Assembly: GCF_044336785.1 (NCBI RefSeq)
Contig: NZ_JBIIOT010000004.1
Location: 1-32,000 of the forward strand
Length of the DNA: 32,000 bases
Direction of reading: 5' to 3'
Source: Tardiphaga sp.
GTDB taxonomy: Bacteria > Pseudomonadota > Alphaproteobacteria > Rhizobiales > Xanthobacteraceae
Shown: one piece after another, positions 1 through 5,973 of the stretch
Position numbering within the stretch: the stretch's first letter is position 1
How the letters are laid out: every line of letters starts with the position of its first letter
The notes under the pieces: generated by a model
Told to the model about the DNA's origin: nothing
What the model saw: only the letters and a program-made list of their open reading frames with translations
Database searches by the model: none
Translations under genes and position numbers: made by a program

Positions 1-480
1 CGCAGCAGCCGCGACCATCGATGCCATGCTTTGAAGCTCCACCGGCTGTCGCGGATCGCGGGCCACCGCCGCAGCTTCATCACGCAGGCGCGCATTGCAT
101 TCGCAGGTCGGCAAACGCCCCGTCGGCGTGCAGGCATCGTGATGCATGCAGGCGACGTCGAGTGCATCGATCGGACCGCCCGGACGCTGACCGACACCGC
201 AATAATTGCCGTGGATCAAGGTCAGGCCGTTGGTGGTGGGATCCATGTTCTTCGGATCACGCGGCGTCGGGATCTGGACTCGTGCAGGCGGGGCAATGAC
301 AACGGGCTCTGCAGCCGGCGCCTCGCGCACCACGGCCGGTGCCTCGCGCACCACGGCCGGTGCCTCGCGCACCACGTCCTGCGCATGGCCGGGCACAGCC
401 GCGACACCGCAGGCTGACGCCAGCAGCAGCGCGGCGCAGGCATATCGGAGCCACAAAGCGAATTGCGAGGGCCTGGTCAT
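1..480 (-). CDS. secreted phospholipase A2-like protein (N-terminal 160 codons; 3' end lies beyond window start)
   Basis: Absent from the ORF track because it runs off the window. Hand translation of the minus strand from ATG (480..478) stays open for all 160 codons: MTRPSQFALWLRYACAALLLASACGVAAVPGHAQDVVREAPAVVREAPAVVREAPAAEPVVIAPP...LIHGNYCGVGQRPGGPIDALDVACMHHDACTPTGRLPTCECN... The N-terminus is hydrophobic and signal-like. YCGxG followed by C-x-HHD-x-C resembles the PLA2 Ca-loop and His-Asp catalytic motif. Confidence 0.55.
   Translation of the reverse strand, partial: MTRPSQFALWLRYACAALLLASACGVAAVPGHAQDVVREAPAVVREAPAVVREAPAAEPVVIAPPARVQIPTPRDPKNMDPTTNGLTLIHGNYCGVGQRPGGPIDALDVACMHHDACTPTGRLPTCECNARLRDEAAAVARDPRQPVELQSMASMVAAAA
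320..376. repeat. 21-bp tandem repeat, about 2.7 copies (gcctcgcgcaccacggccggt)
   Basis: Units at 320-340 and 341-361 are identical; 362-376 is a partial third copy. The repeat is in frame within the minus-strand CDS and encodes the heptad VVREAPA x3 just after the predicted signal peptide. Confidence 0.9.
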
Positions 481-576
481 CGTTGCGCGATCCGGGTAAC
501 GGCCGACGGACATATCGGCCGCCAAAACTACGCGCAACGCGCCGTTTTGTTCCCTTTCGGGTTCCCGACCGCGGCC

Positions 577-1830
577 TCAGCGGCCCGCGATCAGATCCTT
601 CGCCAGCGCCATATAGGCTGGCAGCGTCACCACATCATTGGCGGCATTGCCGGCGACCGGATGCGAGGCATAGCGGGCGATCACCATCTCGGCCTTGGGA
701 TCGATATAGATGCCCTGCCCGTAGACGCCACGCGCCATATAGGCGCCGTGCGCGTTATGCGTGACCCACCATTGATTGCGATAGGAGCCGCCGGGCAGCG
801 TGACATAGCCAGCGGGCTTGAACTTTTCCGGATCGGCGCCGCGCTCGATGTCTTCCACCACCGACGAAGGCACGATCTGGCGACCGTTGAAGCGGCCGTG
901 ATTGCGCATGGTCTCGCCGAAGCGCGCGAGATCGCGCACCGTGGTGGAAAGCCCGCCGCCGCCGCTCTCGGTGCCGATGCGATCGACATGATAATGCGCG
1001 TCTTCTTCCGCGCCCATCGGCGCCCAGATGCGCTCGGACAAGAGATCGCTCAGCGTCGCACCGCTCGCGCGACGAACGATGAAGGCCAGCACATCGGTAT
1101 TGACGGTCTTGTACGCAAAGGCCTTGCCATGCTCGCCCTGCTTTTCCTGCTGACACAGCAGAGCGAAGATGTCGGTCGCGCCCTGATAGTCCGGCGGGAT
1201 CGGCGCCATGCCATTGGCGCGGCGCAGGCTCCAGACATCGGAATTCCGGTCGGCATAGACTTCGGTGTATTTCAGCCCCGTGGTCATATCCATGACCTCA
1301 TGCACGCGGGCATCGCCGAACGCACTGGCCTTCAGCTCCGGCACATAGTCCGTCACCGGCGCCTGCGGATCGATCTTGCCTTCGGCGATCAGGATGCCGG
1401 CCAGCGTGCCGGTGAACGACTTGGTGACGGACATCGCGATATGCGGCTTGTGCGGCTTCAGCGCGCCGGCATAGCGCTCATGGATCAGCTTGCCCTTGTG
1501 CAGCACGACCATGCCATCGGCATAGGTCTCGTCGAACATTTTTGCGAAGGTCATCGGACGGCCATCCATGGTCGTCGATTGCGAGCCGCCGATATCGCGC
1601 TCTTCGCGCGGCAGCGCCGATGGGCCGCCCGCCCCGCGCCAGACGGCCACCGTCGGCACCAGCGAGCGCACATTGCTCCAGGCCCAGCGCAGCTGCGGGA
1701 AATCACGGAACGAGTCGTCGTGAAACTTGATGGTCTTGTCCGGCGCCGGCGGAAAGCCCTTCATCCAGCCGAGCGTGTTCGGATCGGTCTCGGCGGCGGT
1801 AGGGACAGACTGTGCGGGGGCGTCGGACAT
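577..1830 (-). CDS. beta-lactamase-related serine hydrolase (6-aminohexanoate-dimer-hydrolase-like family)
   Basis: The 444-aa ORF contains the S-x-x-K motif SVTKSF and class-C beta-lactamase-like length and composition. The internal ATG at 1830 (MSDAPAQ...) is preceded by GGAG about 8 nt upstream, so it is preferred over the ORF-track start at 1911. Confidence 0.8.
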   Translation of the reverse strand: MSDAPAQSVPTAAETDPNTLGWMKGFPPAPDKTIKFHDDSFRDFPQLRWAWSNVRSLVPTVAVWRGAGGPSALPREERDIGGSQSTTMDGRPMTFAKMFDETYADGMVVLHKGKLIHERYAGALKPHKPHIAMSVTKSFTGTLAGILIAEGKIDPQAPVTDYVPELKASAFGDARVHEVMDMTTGLKYTEVYADRNSDVWSLRRANGMAPIPPDYQGATDIFALLCQQEKQGEHGKAFAYKTVNTDVLAFIVRRASGATLSDLLSERIWAPMGAEEDAHYHVDRIGTESGGGGLSTTVRDLARFGETMRNHGRFNGRQIVPSSVVEDIERGADPEKFKPAGYVTLPGGSYRNQWWVTHNAHGAYMARGVYGQGIYIDPKAEMVIARYASHPVAGNAANDVVTLPAYMALAKDLIAGR

Positions 1831-2019
1831 GGGGAAGGCTCCGGAGGACTGGAGCGTCTGTCGTAACACCCTAAACGCCGGCACACATCCTGCGTTTGAG
1901 CCGGGCGGCATTCATCTGCCGCATGCCATGCGGAAAATCATGTCACGCAGTTGCGTGACGGCCGGGACGTTGTCCCGGCCATCGATCCCGCAAGGCAATA
2001 GCGATGTCCCGCTATCTGA

Positions 2020-3129
2020 TCACGCCGGCACCGGCGCCTTATCCTCGATCAGTTTCTCGCGCTTCAACGCGGCCCAGAATTCTGCCGGCACCTTGGCGCG
2101 GATCGAGGCTGCGTTCTGCGCCACCTGCGTGGCCGAGCGGGCGCCGGGGATGATCGCCGACACGGTCGGATTGGCGATGGCGAAATGCAGCGCGGCGGTG
2201 CGCAGATTGGTGCCGTGCTCCTGCGCGAGTGCGGCGATACGCGCGCGCTTGGCGCGCATCTCCGCCGGGATGGCGGCGTAGTTGAAGCGCTCGCCACCGG
2301 CGAGGAAGCCGTCATTGAGCGGCGCGCCCACCACGATCGACGCGTTGTGCTTCGCCACCACCGGGATCAACTGGTTGAGCGCATCCGCATGTTTGACGAG
2401 CGAATATTGCGTGGCCGACAGGATTATATCGGGATCGGCAACTTCAAAGGCCTTCAGTGCCGGCGGCAACGTGTTGACGCCGAGCCCCCAAGCCTTGATC
2501 ACACCGGCATCACGCATCTTTGTCAGCTCGACAAAGGCGCCGGTCCTGGCCTTCTCAAAGTGCTCGGTCCACGTCTCGCCCATGTCCTTGTTGTCCGGCG
2601 ACAGGTCATGCACGAAGACGATGTCGAGCCGGTCCATCCCCATGCGCTGCAGGCTCTGCTCCACCGAGCGCTTCACGCCATCGGCACTGTAGTCATATTC
2701 ATGCCGCATCGGCGGCGTCACCGCCCAGTTGCCGACCTTGCTGCCAGCCACCTTGGCATCGGGCACCAGCACGCGGCCGATCTTGGTGGAGATGATGTAG
2801 TCGTCGCGCGTCTTGCCGTCGAAGAATGTGCCGAAGCGGCGTTCGGACAGGCCGAGGCCATACCAGGGCGACGTGTCGAAATAGCGCACGCCCTCGTCCC
2901 AGGCCGCCTGCATGATCGCCGCCGCCTGATCCGCCGGCGTCGCCACATGATTGCTGCCGACCTGCGTGCCGCCGATGCCGAAGCGGCCGGCCGGGCGATA
3001 GCGCGCGGCTTTCTCATTGACCGGCAACGGCGCTGCCGGCGTCGTCGGCGCAGCCATAGCACCACGGGCGCTCGCAGCGAGAATGGCGGCACCGGTTGCG
3101 GCAGTGAGGAAAGTTCGACGATCGGTCAT
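2020..3129 (-). CDS. aldo/keto reductase with twin-arginine (Tat) signal peptide
   Basis: 369 aa. The N-terminus MTDRRTFLTAATGAAILAASARGAMA-A fits the S/T-R-R-x-F-L Tat consensus, a hydrophobic region and an AxA cleavage site. AKR hallmarks present: FDTSPWYG (Asp/Tyr), STKIG (Lys), VFVHDL (His). Confidence 0.85.
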   Translation of the reverse strand: MTDRRTFLTAATGAAILAASARGAMAAPTTPAAPLPVNEKAARYRPAGRFGIGGTQVGSNHVATPADQAAAIMQAAWDEGVRYFDTSPWYGLGLSERRFGTFFDGKTRDDYIISTKIGRVLVPDAKVAGSKVGNWAVTPPMRHEYDYSADGVKRSVEQSLQRMGMDRLDIVFVHDLSPDNKDMGETWTEHFEKARTGAFVELTKMRDAGVIKAWGLGVNTLPPALKAFEVADPDIILSATQYSLVKHADALNQLIPVVAKHNASIVVGAPLNDGFLAGGERFNYAAIPAEMRAKRARIAALAQEHGTNLRTAALHFAIANPTVSAIIPGARSATQVAQNAASIRAKVPAEFWAALKREKLIEDKAPVPA

Positions 3130-3241
3130 CAGAGGCCCTTCATTTCATTCGGCGGAATGCTGAGTGAATGCGGCCGGCAGAACGACGTTCCGGAATTGAT
3201 GTCGTGGCGAATAGACGCGGACACAGCGACGACCGCGGATT

Positions 3242-3269
3242 TTGCCAAGACTTACAATCTATCTATAGT
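3242..3269 (+). promoter_or_regulatory. putative sigma70-type promoter of the ATPase/HNH cassette (TTGCCA-N16-TATAGT)
   Basis: TTGCCA at 3242-3247, a 16-nt spacer, and TATAGT at 3264-3269, inside a very AT-rich stretch 40-55 nt upstream of the candidate start codons. Motif match only. Confidence 0.3.
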
Positions 3270-3308
3270 TGATTTTGTTACTACAGATCAAGTAGTAGCT
3301 AACAAACA

Positions 3309-4862
3309 TTGGAGTGCTGCTCGTTGAGATTCGTAGTTATTCAGAGGTCGCAGAGTTTCCCTCAAACGGGACAAAGCGAGGTCTATCTGCGAATAGACCA
3401 TTGGAACGACTATTCTTTCGTGACGATGTTTGACGTCACCGCATTTGACGAAAATGGAAATCGTTTCGAGCTTGGCAGCGTGAAGATCGGCTTCGTTGAA
3501 CAAACGATCGAAACAGCAACCTATTCCACGCTCGGCGACAACTTCGAATCTCTCTCAGATAAGCATTTTTCACTGGGGCAAGATGTAAGCTATTATCGTG
3601 CATTAAGCGAAGACGCTTCAACAACCTTCAAAGATGCGATTCTACGCGGACTTAGAGATATTGTGGCCAACCCGGAAAGTTTAGAGAAAGCTTCCGGCCA
3701 GCGTGTCTTCAGCGTATCGCTCCTGCGCTCGGTAAGCCACTCGATGATAGATGGTCAATTCCGCCGAGTGCTAGAAGGCGGAGCCCCCTTAAGCGACTTT
3801 AACTTTGGCTTCGCACGCCCTCAATCTGACAAGATCGCCGGGATCGAGTTAAGCTTTGTTGTCAAAGCCTCATCCAAACCGAGCACTAATATTCATGCTA
3901 TCATCGGCCGCAATGGCGTTGGAAAAACATCACTACTCAACGAGATGATAGCTGCGATCATTCAGCGAGATAAGACTGACGCGAGATTTCGCGCAAACAA
4001 CATTTTTCAAAGTGTTGAGATCGATCAAAACTACTTCAGCAGCTTGATTTCAGTCTCTTTTAGCGCATTCGATCCATTCAATCCTCCAGAAGAGCAGCCA
4101 GACCCAGAGCACGGAACACGTTATTACTACATCGGATTGAAAGACATCGCGGACGATTCAGGAACGTTATTAAAGTCGCTATCCGCGTTGCGCCGTGATT
4201 GCATCGCCAGCCTCGCCGAGTGTTTCTCGGACAAGGGTAGACGCGAGCGCTGGAGCAACGCCATCGCGACCCTAGAATCCGACGAGAACTTCGCTCGTAT
4301 GGACCTTCGGTCTCTGGCTTCCCTTTCTGGCACAGCCATGAAGTCGACAGCAGAGAGCCTAGTTGAGCGCATGAGCTCCGGCCATGCTGTCGTCCTTCTG
4401 ACAGTTTCCCGCTTAGTAGCAAAAGTTGAAGAAAAGACTCTGATTTTGATTGATGAACCAGAGAGTCATCTTCACCCACCGCTATTGTCGGCATTCACAC
4501 GAGCATTAAGCGAACTGTTAAGCAACAGAAATGGCGTGGCGATTATCGCCACGCACTCCCCAGTTGTCCTGCAAGAAGTGCCACGATCGTGCGCTTGGGT
4601 CATTACCAGATCAAGGCTTTCGATGCACGCGGAGCCTCCACGAGTAGAGACATTCGGTGAGAATGTAGGGATGCTTACTCGCGAAGTCTTTGGCCTTGAG
4701 GTTACAAAATCTGGCTTCCACTCCTTGCTGGCCACTTCAGTTAATGATGGAAAATCGTACGATGAAATCGTAGCAGAGTATGCCGGACAGCTTGGGCTCG
4801 AGGCTCGCGGGATACTGCGCGCAATGATTGTCGAGCGTGACGCGAGGCTCGATCAAGCGTGA
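3309..4862 (+). CDS. ABC/SMC-type (AAA15/21-like) ATPase with unassigned ~190-aa N-terminal domain; PtuA-like defence ATPase candidate
   Basis: 517-aa ORF with a TTG start at 3309. An alternative TTG at 3324 lies 9 nt after GGAG at 3311-3314. Motifs: Walker A GRNGVGKTS (aa 200-208, nt 3906-3932), C-loop-like MSSGH (aa 355-359), Walker B LILIDEPESHLHP (aa 378-390), H-loop ATHSP (aa 414-418). AT-rich codon usage is unlike the flanking genes. Confidence 0.85.
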   Translation: MECCSLRFVVIQRSQSFPQTGQSEVYLRIDHWNDYSFVTMFDVTAFDENGNRFELGSVKIGFVEQTIETATYSTLGDNFESLSDKHFSLGQDVSYYRALSEDASTTFKDAILRGLRDIVANPESLEKASGQRVFSVSLLRSVSHSMIDGQFRRVLEGGAPLSDFNFGFARPQSDKIAGIELSFVVKASSKPSTNIHAIIGRNGVGKTSLLNEMIAAIIQRDKTDARFRANNIFQSVEIDQNYFSSLISVSFSAFDPFNPPEEQPDPEHGTRYYYIGLKDIADDSGTLLKSLSALRRDCIASLAECFSDKGRRERWSNAIATLESDENFARMDLRSLASLSGTAMKSTAESLVERMSSGHAVVLLTVSRLVAKVEEKTLILIDEPESHLHPPLLSAFTRALSELLSNRNGVAIIATHSPVVLQEVPRSCAWVITRSRLSMHAEPPRVETFGENVGMLTREVFGLEVTKSGFHSLLATSVNDGKSYDEIVAEYAGQLGLEARGILRAMIVERDARLDQA

Positions 4863-5734
4863 GAAAACTCGACATTCCCGGCGACGACCCGATGGACGTC
4901 TACAACGCTTGCGTTGCGGCCGTCAGCGACCCACAACTCCAACACCTCTACGATTCTAATCAGCCTCATATATTCAGAGCAGTCACTGCGTTCAATGACG
5001 CTACAGCAGCGGTGGCTTGGTCAAATCTCCCACGAGTGCCGCGCGGAAACGATGGACGAGTCATTGCCGGCAACCTAACAAAGAAGCACCTTACTGACCT
5101 TTACTCTAGCTACATGGTTGGCAGCACGGGCTCTTCGAGGAAGATATATGATGACATCCTAGTTTCCTCGGGAGGGCTATGCCCATTCTGTGGCGGTCTG
5201 GGCCAAGTGCACACTCTTGACCATTACCTGCCCAAGTCAAACTTCCCAATTTATTCCGTGCTGCCTACAAATCTCATCCCCTGTTGCCGCGATTGCAACA
5301 CCGGCAAAGGCAATACTTTTGGATCTCAGCTAAACGAGCAGACACTACATCCGTATCTTGACGACGATAAATACTTTGCTGCGCGATGGGTATTTGCTGA
5401 AATCTCGGAGACCACGCCGATCGGCGCAGCATTTGTGTGCTTGCCGCCCGCTCATTGGTCAAACTTAGAAAAACTCCGTGCAAAGCGGCATTTTAAGAGC
5501 TACGATATTGCCTCGCGATTTGGTGTCCAAGCCGGCGCCGAATTGGGGAGACTCATTGACTTACGTAGGAACAGCTTGCGGAAACTTTCCTCGCAGATGT
5601 TCAAGGACTATCTCATCGATAACGCGAACTGTGATGGGTTTGACTTGAACGGCTGGAGCAGAACAATGTACGCCGCTCTGGCCGAGGCGGAGTGGTTTTG
5701 CGAGGCGGACTTTACGGCTCGAAGCGGAGTTTAA
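4859..5734 (+). CDS. HNH endonuclease (zinc-ribbon HNH, PtuB/TIGR02646-like) candidate defence nuclease
   Basis: 291 aa. The GTG start overlaps the upstream stop (GTGA at 4859-4862). HNH core at aa 108-147: CPFCGG...VHTLDHYLPKSNFP...LIPCCRDCNTGKGN, i.e. CxxC ... H-x3-H ... CxxC-N. Confidence 0.85.
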   Translation: MRKLDIPGDDPMDVYNACVAAVSDPQLQHLYDSNQPHIFRAVTAFNDATAAVAWSNLPRVPRGNDGRVIAGNLTKKHLTDLYSSYMVGSTGSSRKIYDDILVSSGGLCPFCGGLGQVHTLDHYLPKSNFPIYSVLPTNLIPCCRDCNTGKGNTFGSQLNEQTLHPYLDDDKYFAARWVFAEISETTPIGAAFVCLPPAHWSNLEKLRAKRHFKSYDIASRFGVQAGAELGRLIDLRRNSLRKLSSQMFKDYLIDNANCDGFDLNGWSRTMYAALAEAEWFCEADFTARSGV

Positions 5735-5915
5735 TCGAGTGCCAAAGTCTGACTAACTGCAACTAAGATGCGCCCGAAAATCGATGAAAGAGCAGGGACA
5801 TCTCGAAATTTAGCTGTCTACCTCGTCGCCATCGCAGCTACTTCGGGATAGAAGGATGCCAACCGAAATCGGCAACACGCATTGATCCCTTTCTTTGGGG
5901 CACCTCAAAACGAGA

Positions 5916-5953
5916 ACGGCGCGGCAGGTACTTACCTGCCGCGCCGTTTCTTT
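5916..5953. terminator. GC-rich hairpin, likely bidirectional rho-independent terminator (HNH operon / acnB)
   Basis: acggcgcggcaggta (5916-5930) pairs with tacctgccgcgccgt (5933-5947). It is followed by ttctttacc on the plus strand and tctcgttttga on the minus strand. It lies 21 nt beyond the acnB stop. Confidence 0.6.
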
Positions 5954-5973
5954 ACCAACTCTTCAGATCGCCC

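Noticed and set aside
320-376. Possible CRISPR-like direct repeats
   Set aside because: The units are contiguous with no spacers, only 21 bp long and about 2.7 copies. They are in frame inside a coding region, where they encode VVREAPA x3. This is a coding tandem repeat and not a CRISPR array.
463-1866. 467-aa plus-strand ORF, plus nested ORFs at 681-1256
   Set aside because: It is antisense to the serine hydrolase gene, which has the SxxK motif and an RBS. Its composition is not protein-like.
3130-5915. Classical integrative element (integrase, tRNA attachment site, direct repeats) or a retron/Gabija/PARIS identity for the low-GC cassette
   Set aside because: No integrase, recombinase, tRNA or obvious flanking direct repeat is visible. 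No reverse transcriptase or msr/msd-like inverted repeats flank it, which argues against a retron. I found no TOPRIM-like motif in the ATPase, which argues against GajA/OLD/AriB types. The partner is HNH and not a helicase.
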